Below are positions 22,458 through 33,876 of a stretch of DNA of 38,192 bases, in pieces. The position numbers and the translations under genes were made by a program. Source of the DNA: Jimgerdemannia flammicorona (lineage: Eukaryota); the NCBI GenBank assembly GCA_003990765.1, contig RBNJ01000167.1, positions 1 to 38,192 on the forward strand, in the 5' to 3' direction. Under the pieces are notes generated by a model. The model searched no databases. It saw only the letters and a program-made list of their open reading frames with translations, and was not told the origin of the DNA. Positions within the stretch are counted from its first letter, which is position 1. Each line of letters begins with the position of its first letter.

Positions 22458-25329
22458 CCTATTTAATAACCTACAAACTACTCTTAAGTAAATCTGCTCC
22501 CCATTACATCCCACTCCTAACCCCATCACGAAATTTCCTAATTGGGTATTGTCTGCAGTGATATGCCAATTCAACTAAGCTGGTCTTAGTTTCTTGAACT
22601 TCCTGAAATACAGAAAATCCTGAACATTCAGAACTAGTCTGAAAAAAGGACTTTGGTTGAGACATCAACCCGATCTCGAAATCAATAAGCATAGAGGATG
22701 TACTCCATATAAAATTAATTTTGACTATAAGAAAACAATCTTCCAGAATATCCAGAACTTCCCAAAAACTCTTCCAGAACTATGTAATAGTTACCCTAAA
22801 AAGCAACCCTCTTATAGACTCTCAGTAGAAGGAGGAGTCATTGATGAGAATTATACAGGTAAAATTATTATCCTCATCTGAAACCATAGTTGGACACTCT
22901 TCAAGATCTCTATTGATTTCTGCATCACCCAGATCCTATTTGAAAAAATCGAGTCAACTCTGACAGTCAAGGAAGTTCCTGAATTACTATCTACTATCTG
23001 AGGATCTAAAGGATTTAGCTCATCAAACAAGGCCCTAGCCCAACCTACTATGAGCAAAGAAGAATAATTCTACAAGAAAATCAAAGATAGATATATACCA
23101 AGTGGCCAATGCCCCCATGGCATTGAAATATACTCTTCATGAATGATTGATGATTGCTTCTCTTATATCAATAAATTGGCTCAAAAAAGAACCAATAGAA
23201 GGAAAGCTCCTATAATCAAAATCACTACCATTGGATCAGACAAACTACTTATACTTCAAGCTTTTATCAATCAAGCACCTGTCAAGATTATGATAGACAG
23301 TAGTACCTCAGACAACTTTATTAATGAAGAAACAACCAATAGACTTAAGGTCTTCATCTCTCTAGTATAACAAACTCAAGCAGTTACCATAGCTGATGGA
23401 ATCTCACATATTATCAGCAAGGAAGTCTGCAATCTGTACTTCCAAATTGATAACTACTGAGTATATGTTACTCTCCAGATTGTACCACTTCCTGACAATG
23501 AGATCATCCTTAGAATCCTATGGTTAAAACAAGAGAACCCTATGATCAATTGGGTAAACTATTCTCTGACTATTAAGAAAGGACATCATGTAAGGCAAAA
23601 AGAACCCACTCAGCTCTAGTGACTCTGGACCAAAGATTACCCACATCAATAAGCTACAGCTTAAGAAATTGGCCAAAAAATGTCCTCTCTTTACCATCTC
23701 CATCCACTCAACCAAAGGAGAACCTGAGAACTCTGAAGAAGACTTTTCCAAAGTTGACAGTCATGTCAGACTACTACTTCAGAAATTCCAAGATATATTT
23801 CCAAAGAAGCTCCCAAAAGACCTACCTCCTAAATGAGCAGTAGACTATACCATCAAGACCATTCCAGATACCAAGCCAGCCTTCAAATCAATCTACCACA
23901 TATCTCTGAGAGAAATTGATACACTCAAGAAGGAAATCAATGAACTCCTAAAATAAGGATTCATCAGACCCAGTGTATCACCCTATGGTGCACCAGTCCT
24001 CTTTATTGTAAAGAAAGGAGGAAACTTGTAAATGTGCATTGATTACTGTAACCTCAATGAACAGACCATCAAGAACTATTGCCCACTGCTCAGAATCAAT
24101 AAAATATTCAATAGACTTACCAACCTGCAATTTATGAGCTCTTTTGACCTGTGAAATAGTTACTAGCAAATTGCCATAAAAGAAGAAGACATCTATAAGA
24201 CAGCTTTCCAAACTTGCTATAGATACTTTGAGTTCCTGGTTATGTCTTTTGGCTTAACTAATACTCCTGTAATCTTCCAGACCCTGATGAATATCATCCT
24301 GTATCTATACCTAGATAAATTTGTTATTATCTATATTGACGACATTCTAGTCTTCAGTAAAACCCTAGAGGAATATCTTGAACACCTCAAACTAGTACTA
24401 CTGAAACTTCAAGAAAACTGACTCTTTGCAAACTTAGTAAGTGTAAATTCCTCCTGAAAGAAATTCAATTCCTTGGACATATTATCATATCAAATAGAAT
24501 CAAAGTGGACCCTAGCAAAATCTCTGTAATCAAGGAATGTCCAGACCCAAGAAGCTGAAAGACCTCTAGTCATTTCTAGGATTAGCAAACTATTATAGGT
24601 GATTTGTTGCCAACTTTGCCAAAATCGCTACTGCCCTCACCCAAATGACTAAGCACAGTAAGAAAGAAGAATAGCCTTAGACTATGAAATAAGAAAAAGA
24701 CTTCAACAATCTTGTAAATTAGAGACCTGAGCAGGATACTGCCTTTTAAGCACTAAAGGATACCTTGATAACCACTCCAGTACTTTAAGCAGCAAACCCT
24801 ATCCTACCATATGAAGTTACTACTGATGCCTCTGATCTAGCCCTTGGAGCAGTACTCATGCAAGAAGGATACCCTGTGGCCTATCATTTCCACAAGTTCA
24901 ATAATGCCAAAATCAACTATACAACTCATGAGAAGGAAATGTTAGCCATTATAGACACTCTGATCAAATGACAACCATACCTAGAAGAAGCACACTTTAC
25001 AGTATTGACTGACTACAAGTCATTAGTCAACATTAAGACCCAGACTACTCTTTCTTGAAAGCAAGCCAGATGGATGAAAGTCCTTACCAACTTTGACTAT
25101 GAAATCCAGTACTACCCTAATAAGGAAATATTGTTGCCAATGCAATCTCCAGATCACTAATCAAAGAAGTTATTCAAACTCTCACCATGGTTACAAACTC
25201 CATCATAGAACAAATTATCACTATATGTGCTGATGATAAAGAAGCTCAAGTACTCTAAGAAATTCTAAAATATGATGATACTGATAAGTATACCCAGTAC
25301 AACTAATACCGACTCAAGGACAATACTAT

Positions 25330-27368
25330 TGTAAGAGGGTTGCTTTTTAGAGTAACTGTTATGTAGTTCTGGAAGGGTTTTCTGGAGGTTCTGGATATTC
25401 TGGAAGACCATTTTCTTATGATCAAGATCAATTTTGTATGGAGTATGTCCTCTATGCTTATTGATTTCAAGATCGGGTTGACATCTCAACCAAAGTCCTT
25501 TTTTGGACTAGTTCTGGATGTTCAGGATTGTCCATATTTCAGGAAGTTCAAGAAACTAAGACCAGCTTAGTTGAATTGGCATATCACTGCAGACAATACC
25601 CAATTAGGAAATTTCGTGATGGGGTTAGGAATGGGACCTAACAGAGAGCAGATTTACTTAAGAGTGGTTTGTGGGTTATGGAATAGGTTTATTTGCTATT
25701 CATGATATTGCTATACTAGGAGTAGTTGTATGAAGGGATATTGTGGGAAGTATTCAGGAATGTTCTTATATGTTCAAGTCTGTTTAAGTCTGAGATTCTG
25801 AGGTCTGGGGGAGGGGGTATTTATACTAGTGAGGGGCTATCTGGACTATGCTAGATATAGATGTAGCACTAAGTACTTTGCTGAGTCAGAATGCAGTCAT
25901 GTAGTATAAGTGTGATCTGACATGTCAAGAGATCGTCTAACTGCTGAGTCAGTTCACAGTCATGTTGTACAAGGCTAATCTAATTATACTATGACTGCTA
26001 GGCTATTTATGGGTTTAGGCACTGTCTGGGTAGTTCTCGATGACATCACCATCGATTGCATCATCTCTGATGAAGTAGTCATCTAGGAAGAGTGGTTTGC
26101 GGATTACTTCTCCTTATTCACTGAGGTAATAGTATATTGGAACTTCATCTCCATCTCACAGAATAGCATCGTTTGTCTCATATTCTGGATAAGGTGTTGG
26201 TGGGCGAAGGATGGGTGTATTGTCTTCACTTTCATCAGATTCACTATCTGCATACCTTCTATAGGTTACAGCACTATGAGTTACAGGATTGTAGTAAGCT
26301 GGCAGCTGTAGTTCATGTTGCTCATACTCAGGTGGTGGAGTGGTTGGTTCAATCTCAAGAGTTGTCTGAAGGTACAGGTTGTGTTCTCTGGTCTCTTTAT
26401 TATAGTTGAAGTAATCGGGGGTGAATGTGGGTTGGTATTCGTGCCAGTAGTCATTGTCACAATAAGTCTCATATGTAGTTATGAACTATTGTAAGTTCAT
26501 CGGCAAGGTTGGCGGTGTGACCAGGGTTGGCAGAGATCCTTGGCTAGAGGTCATGTCAGTGTCAGAGGGATCATTGTCTTCTGCTTCGTCTTCATCGAAG
26601 TGGATTATATCGTAGATGTCCTTCATGGTGTATCCAACTTGGGGCATTTGTAGGATATGATTATTGGGGTGTGGGAAGGTTCTGTCTGTGGTTTTGACAT
26701 ACTCGAGGTACTTCTGGTTGAGTTCTTATATCATGTCATCGATTTGGCCATAGGATAGGGTAGCAATCATTTTGCTGGTAGTAACTTAGAGGCAGGGAAT
26801 AACGGTGTTGTACTCGTAGAAGAGTTCTCGATACTTGTGGGTGATAAGCTTCTGGTGTTGAGACATCTGGGTAATGTCTGTATTGTGGTGGTGTTCGACC
26901 ATGTCTTCCAAGAGGCGGCCAATCTGGTAGTAGCTTGAGATTTGTCCAATTCGGTGGGCCTCACTAAGTATGTTCAGAGCATTCCATCGGGCTTCTATAA
27001 AGTAGAGGGGTGCTAGGCTATAGATATTCATGAGGGGCAGAGGTGGTGTGGCTTGGTTGACAATGGCATTCCAAATGTCAGCACAGATATGGTTGTAGAT
27101 TTCAGTGGTCATATTTGTGTGTTTGGAAGTTGTGGTTGTTGTTTGTTTTGGTTCTCTAATTCGATGCATCTCGGTGCTCAGTATATATGCATTTGGTCCT
27201 GATTGGTAAGGTTCTGTTTGTGTAAATCAAGTGTTCCATGACTTCATATTGACTCATCTTTGTGCGCTGTAACTTCGGTTTAACTCAGCTTTGTGATCAA
27301 GCAGGTGATTTCCAGATTTGTTCAGAGGTCACGTGTAATTTCGGTGGCTTGGAGATTGTGTGCTTACA
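25330..27368 (-). repeat. 3' LTR of copy D (2039 bp)
   Basis: TGTAAG..CTTACA ends, abuts the PPT. Confidence 0.95.
26015..27112 (-). pseudogene. LTR ORF copy in D 3' LTR (1098 nt)
   Basis: Runs from MTTEIYN to YPDSA-stop; internal stops. Confidence 0.8.
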
Positions 27369-27794
27369 ACTCTCCCCTTCTTAGCTTTCGACGTCCTTGT
27401 CGGGGCCTTCTAATTTTGTTCTAGTGTTGTTACACCATTTGGGAGGTCAAAGGTCTGATAAGGTCCATTTTTCTCAGAAAGTGGCATGCTTGTAGTACAG
27501 TTGCCTAACGCATTGGATTCACACATTAAAGGGTCATATGTTCAATGCCATACGCCAGAAGTGATTCTGACATCATTTACTGCTGGAGAATTTCCTCTAA
27601 GGAATCTTCTTAATATCTATGCCTCATTTCCCATCAGTAGTATGGGGAGAATAGGCTTGCTTTCAGTTTTGCTATTTTTCCAGAGGGTTGGTATTCTTAT
27701 CTTGTTTTGCTGAGTTCTTGATTTGGTTCATGATAGTTATAATGTTCAGGAGGGTAATATATAATATGTATGGGTAGGTGCAGAGTATTTGGTT

Positions 27795-27965
27795 CTAGTT
27801 GTTCAAGGAATCATATTCCTGAACTAGGTCGGTAGCATTCTGGAGATTGGTCTTGGGTTCCCAGGTTGCATCGTGGATCGGGTAACCTTTCCATTTGACA
27901 AGGTACTCAGGGTGGCTCTTGTTGCCACATTTGTTGAGGATTTGTTCAACTTCATACTCTTCTTG
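27795..27965 (-). other. C-terminal chromodomain of integrase
   Basis: EEYEVEQIL..EYLVKWKGY..DATWEP matches the canonical chromodomain pattern. Confidence 0.93.
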
Positions 27966-30900
27966 GTCATTAATAATGACAGGTGCAGGTGGTTTGGTAG
28001 TCCGGTTTGGAAATAGTTCGTCATCATTCTCATTATATCGCTTGAGACGTTGAACATTAAAGACTAGGTGAATCTTAATGGTATCTGGTAGCGCCAATTT
28101 GTAGGAGGTTGGAGAGACTTGTGCAATGATTTCAAATGGTCCAATGAACTTGCTGTCCAGCTTTGTGGATGGTCTGTGCTTGAGGTTGTCAACTCAGTAT
28201 CCTCTGATATCTAGTAGGACCTTTTCTCCAATATCAAAAGTTTCTTCTCGGCAGTGTTGGTTAATATACTGTGATTGTTGTTCTTGAGCTCGCGATAAAT
28301 TCTCGATGGCAATCTGGCTTAAATTACATATTTGGAGTAAGAATTCTTCAACAGCTTCGACTGTAGAGGGTTCTTCAGTGGTTTGGATAAGTGTCAAAGG
28401 CATGTTTGGATTTTGTCCAGTGTTGGCGAAGAATGGGGTTATTCCGAGAGAGGTTTGCTTGCTATTGTTATAGGCAAACTCGACTGTAGTGAGGTATTCA
28501 TGCCAGTCATCTTGTCTGTAGAAAACATAGTTCCTTAGCATTTGTTCTAGAGTTCGGTTCATTCTTTCAGTTTGGCCATCAGTTTCTAGGTGAAAGGCTG
28601 TAGATAGTGCAAGTTTTGTTCCAAGGTGTGCATGGAGGGCTTTCCAAAAGTAGCTGGTGAATTTCGGATCTCGGTCACTAACAATGATCTTAGGAAGACC
28701 ATAATAGCAGAAGATGTTGTCAAATAAGAGTGTGGCTATATCTGGTGCTGTTGCAGTAGTGGTAGTAGGCACAAAGTGGGCTTGTTTGCTGAGATAGTCT
28801 ACAAAGACAACAATTGCATCTTTCCCATTCTTGGTTCAGGGTAGTTATATAATGAAGTCCATAGAGATTTGTTCCCAATTCACAGATGGTACTGGGATAG
28901 GGTGGAGTAAGCCGGATTTTGCTAGTGTTGAGGACTTGTTTCATTGGCAGGCATCACAGGAAGTAATGTAGGTCTTGAGCTGATCTGCCATACGGGGCCA
29001 ATAGAAGTTTCAGGAAATAACTTCATAGCATTTATCAAATCCTAAATGTCCAACTGTAGGGGCATCATGACATTCGAATAGGATAGTCCTTCGGAGGTCT
29101 CGGTTGTTTGGGATATACAATCTATTCTTGTAGTAGATAGCATTATCCTTGAGTTGGTATTGATTATACTGGGTATGCTTGTCAGCATTATCATTGTTCA
29201 GGATTTCTCAGAGTGCTTGAGCTTCTTTATCATCAACACATGCTGCGATGATTTGTTCCATGATAGTGTTGGTAACCAAGGTCAGAGTTTGGATAACCTC
29301 TTCGATTGGTGGTCTGGAGATTACATCGGCAACAATATTTTCCTTGCCAGGGCGGTACTGGATTTCATAGTCAAAGTTGGTGAGGACTTTCATACATCTG
29401 GCTTGCTTTCAAGAAAGGGTAGCCTGGGTCTTGATGTTGACTAATGACTTGTGGTCAGTCAATACAGTGAAGTGTGCTCCTTCTAGATATGGTTGCCATT
29501 TGATCAGAGTGTCTACGATGGCTAGCATTTCCTTCTCATGAGTTGCGTAGTTGATTTCGGCATCATTGAACTTGCGGGAGTGATAGGCCACAGGATGTCC
29601 TTCTTGTATGAGCACTGCTCCAAGAGCTAGGTCAGAGGCATCAGTAGTGACTTCATATGGTAGGGTAGGATTTGCTGCTTGAAGTACTGGAGTGGTTATC
29701 AAGGCATCCTTCAGTACTTGAAAGGTGGTATCTTGCTCGTGTCCCCAATTTACAAGATTGTTGAAGTCTTTCTCTTGTTTCATGGTCCAAGGTTGTTCTT
29801 GTTTCTTGCTGTGCTTGGTCATTTGGGTGAGGGCAGTAGCGATTTTAGCAAAGTTGGCAACGAATTGCCTGTAATAGTTTGCTAATCCCAGGAATGACTG
29901 GAGGTCTTTCAACTTCTTGGATCTGGGCCAATCCTTAATTGCAGAGATTTTGCTGGGGTCCACTTTGATTCCATTTGGAGTGACAATGTGTCTAAGGAAT
30001 TGCATTTCTTTCAGAAGAAATTTGCACTTGCTGAGTTTTGCAAAGAGTCAGGTTTCTTGGAGTTTCAGTAGTACTAGTTCAAGGTGTTCAAGATGTTCCT
30101 CCAGGGTTTTGCTGAAGACTAGGATGTCGTCAATATAGACAACAACAAATTTGTCCAGGTATGGATGCAGAATGGTATTCATTAGTGTCTGGAAGGTTGC
30201 TGGAGCATTAGTTAAGCCAAAGGGCATAACCAGGAACTCAAAGTGTCCATAGCGATCAGAAAGCTGTCTTGTAGATGTCTTCTTCTTTTATGACAATTTG
30301 CTAGTAACCATTTCGCAGGTCAAAAGAGCTCATGAATTGTGGGTTGGTGAGCCTATCGAATATTTCATCAATCCTTGGTAGTGGGCAACAGTTTTTGATG
30401 GTCTGTTCATTGAGATCGTGGTAGTCAATGCACATTCGCAGGTCTCCTCCTTTTTTGACAATGAAGAGGACTAGTGCACCATAGGGTGATACACTGGGTC
30501 TGATGAATCCTTGTTCCAGCAGTTCGTCGATTTCCTTCTTGAGTGCATCAATTTCTCTTGGAGATATGTGGTAGATTGACTTGAAGGCTGGTTTGGCATC
30601 TGGGATGGTCTTGATTGCATGGTCTACTGCTCGTTTGGGAGGTAGGTCTTTCAGGAGCTTCTTTGGGAATATGTCTCAGAATTTCTGCTGACATGGTTGT
30701 CAACTTTGAAAAAATCTTCTTCAGAGTTCTCGGGTTCTCCTTTGGATGGTCAGATGGAGATGGCAAAGAGAGGGCATTTCTTGGCCAATTTCTTGAGTTG
30801 TAGCTTATTGATGTGGGTAATATTTGGTCCAGGGTCACTAGAATTAAGTGGGTCCTTTTCGCCTTGCAGTTTGAAGTTGTGGCATTCTTTCTTGATGGTC

Positions 30901-31442
30901 AGAGAATGGTTTACCCAATCAATTATGGGGTTTTCTTGTTTTAACCATAGAGTCCCAAGGATGATTTCATTGTTAGGGAGTGGTACGATTTGGAGGGTAA
31001 CATGTACTTAGTAGTCACCAATTCAGAAGGGTAGGTTGCAGACTTCTTTGCTAATAATATGTGAGGTTCCATCAGCTGTAGCAACTGCTTGAGTTTGTTG
31101 TACTGGAGAGGTGAAGACCTTGAGTCTGTTGGCTGTCTTTTCATTAATGAAGTTGCCTGAGGCACCACTGTCTATCATAATCTTGACAGGTGCTCCGTTG
31201 ACAAAAGCCTTAAGAGTGAACAGTTTGTCTGATCCAATGGTGGTGATTTCAGTTGTAGGAGCCTTTCTTCTATTGGTTCTTCTTTGAGCCAGTTCATTGA
31301 CACAAGAGAAGCAATCATCAATCATTCAGGAAGAGTACATTCCAATACCATGAGGGTATCGGCCACTTGGTACATATCCATCTTTGATCTTCTTGTAGAA
31401 TTGTTCTTCTTTACTCATAGTAGATTGGGCTGGGGCTTTGTT

Positions 31443-31850
31443 TGATGAGCCAAATCCTTTGGATCCTCGGATGATGGGTAGTAGTTCAGAGACTTCCTTG
31501 ACTGTCAGGGTTGACTCGATTTTTTCGAATAGAATCTGTGCAATACAGAAGCCCATAGAGATCTTGAAGGGTGTCCAACTGTGGTTTCGAATGAGGACAA
31601 TAATTTCACCTGTGTAATCCTCATCAATGACTCCTCCTTCTACTGAGAGTCCTTTCAATGCTAGGCTGCTGCGACAGCATATTCTTCCAACATGTCCTTC
31701 AGGGATTTGGATACTGATTCCTGTGTAGACTTGTTTGACTTCTTGGTTGGAAACTGTAGCTTCTTCGGCTGCATACAGATCATATCCGGCTGCTTTTTGA
31801 CTTCCTTTGGTTGGGGCCTTAGCAGTTTGTCTTAACTTGACAAAGTCTAG
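31443..31850 (-). pseudogene. dUTPase domain of copy D (trimeric family, five motifs)
   Basis: AAGYDL / GRICCRSS / GGVIDEDYTGEI / CIAQI / RGSKGFGSS, in frame between zinc knuckle and protease. Confidence 0.93.
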
Positions 31851-33876
31851 TGTTCTGGTGGTCAGGTTGTTGAGGTGGTGAAGAGTGGTAATAGTTGCTC
31901 ATGTTGCTGTTCAGAGTTTTCAGTTGGGGCAGGCACTGGCCATGTGTCCTGTCTTTTGGCAATAGAACCATGCTCTGCTTCTTCGAAGTTCATTCCTTTC
32001 GCCTTCAGTAAGTTTCTTGAAGGTACTTGGCTTGGTGGGTTCATTATTTCTGGGTGTCCAAGAGGTAGATGTAGAGGGAACTTGGGGTGCTTCATGCTTG
32101 GGTTCTTCTTTCTTAGTCCAAGTCCTTTCCTTATTGTTAAATTGTCTTCGGGGCAGAATTGGTCTGGCTGTTAGGATTCGCTTGACCATGGTCTTGATTC
32201 TTGTCAGATACCATTGTTGGTGATCACAACCAACTGGGCAGCCTTGTTCTTGAATTTTTCTAGTAAGCCATTCAGGCAGGGCATCAAATAAATGGTCTGC
32301 TCTTGTACCATTTCGTGCTTCATCATTGGCAATATATCCTAGGCCAACAGTGTTCAGGAGTGACTCGAGTTTTGTACAGAAGGTTTCAAATTCTTCTTTG
32401 CCATGTACATCAAATTTGAGGTTGCGGAGTTTTACTCGAGATTCAGCAATCATGGTTTCACTGCGATATTGAGCAATCATGAGTTGTTTGAGTCCAGGGG
32501 CTGCAGGATGGACTCCATATCCTGGGGCATTGTTTGCTGCATTCTGGGCAACTACTGCAGGTCAGGTATCCCATGTGAGGGGTTTTTCAGAAAGAGTTTG
32601 CCACCATTCTTCAGCAGGTCCTTGGAAGAATGTAACAACTTGGCAGACATAGGCTGTAGTTGTAGCAAAGAGTTGTTCCAGAGTGTGATCTTGATTGTTT
32701 GTCAGAACACAGTCAGCAACTCGCTCATTGGTCCATTGATTGGCTTTGAAGTTGGTGTCAACTATACTAATGAAACTTTGGACTTCTTGTGTAGTACCAT
32801 TAAAGGTAGGTAGGCTCAGATTTTTGGTAGGTCAGGTCTGTTCAGCTAAGGCAGTAATGATTTCTGCCATTATGGCTACCTGGGCTGTGAGGTCAAGAAT
32901 CTGTTGGTTCACCATGTTGTTTACTGGAGGTGGCTGGACTGCTGGTAGTGGTGTTACTGGTACTACTTAAGATACTGGTGCAGAGTATAATGGGGTTCTT
33001 TGGGTCTGTGTAAGTTGCTGGAGTAGTAGTTGTGGGTCTGGAGTGAGGGCTTGATAGATAGCTATTTGTTGCTGTATAGGTGTATTCTGTCCTGATGGAT
33101 GTGTGTCTCCTTCAGTGGTGTATCCGGGATTTAATTCACTGAGATACTCCTCCTCTTCTTCGGTTTGTTCCCTGTATAATTGGGTTTGCTCGGCATCAAA
33201 TTAGACAGAATCAGTTATATATCTGATTTCAGACAGACTTAATTCAAAGTCAAGTTCAGGTTCGGTATTAGTTTCAGATTCAGGTAGGGCTGTAGCAGGG
33301 CCTGCTTCAGGTTCGGGGTCAGGTAGTTGATGAAGGGTTTCTCTTGCTTCTTCTTTAAGAATATGGTGGGCCTTGCTGTTCTGGAATCAGTAGTATAATA
33401 CGGTCTTGGTCCTGGTATGGTGAAAGTCAGTAGAGTTGAGCCACTTGGCTACAGAGGCTTGGGCTTCGTGAGGAACTAAGGCTAGAAAGACTGCTGCTGG
33501 TTGTCCTAAGTCGCTTGGATTTGTGGAGCTGACAAAACTCTTGTTGAGAAGAGTAAAGAAGGCTTCAATAAGACCTTCTTCATCTTGACTTGCTGGGTAT
33601 AGTGCAAGGAGTTCGGTGAATAGAGTTTTACCTATTTGCTGGTTTAACCAGAGTACTTCTTTTTTTGAATGAAGTTTATCCCACTTGTTGCAGGTATGAA
33701 GGTCAAATTGTCCTTGTATGTCAGGTTCAATTCTCTCCAGATTGTCAGATGGTTTGGATAAATTTCAGTTCAGAGGTTGGGCTTTATACCAACTTGTAGA
33801 AATTCACAGAGGGGTTTGTAGCAGGGTGAGGAAGCATCTTGAAGCGGAATTGGATTGAAAACCACTACTACCAAGT

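Larger units (their letters stand above)
4989..22816 (+). mobile_element. Ty3/gypsy LTR retrotransposon copy B (5' part absent from window; interrupted by copy A and a solo LTR)
   Basis: Segments 4989-5465 (protease end), 15412-16933 (RT-RNase H), 19015-20352 (integrase-chromodomain), PPT to 20783 and 3' LTR 20784-22816. The segments rejoin exactly across the TSDs. Many stop codons. Confidence 0.93.
20784..22816 (+). repeat. 3' LTR of copy B (2033 bp)
   Basis: Follows the PPT; termini mutated to TATAAG..CTTATA; followed by GACTC within the dUTPase of copy C. Confidence 0.93.
27795..33740 (-). pseudogene. gag-dUTPase-pol polyprotein of copy D, disrupted
   Basis: Zinc knuckle (W/C)FYCQKTGHMASAC, dUTPase, IDSGAS, VYIDDIL, TTDASD, SDRDPKF/QTERMN integrase. 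Gag, dUTPase and PR fragments are in one frame (ORF ends 31920, 31326, 31023). Confidence 0.93.

Noticed and set aside
31323..31328. TGA-ATG before the protease (shared by A, C, D) as a readthrough or reinitiation site
   Set aside because: CGA>TGA recurs independently in 3 of 4 copies at another Arg codon, and the stop splits a CPH..CxxC motif, so decay is the simpler explanation. Not fully excluded without more copies.
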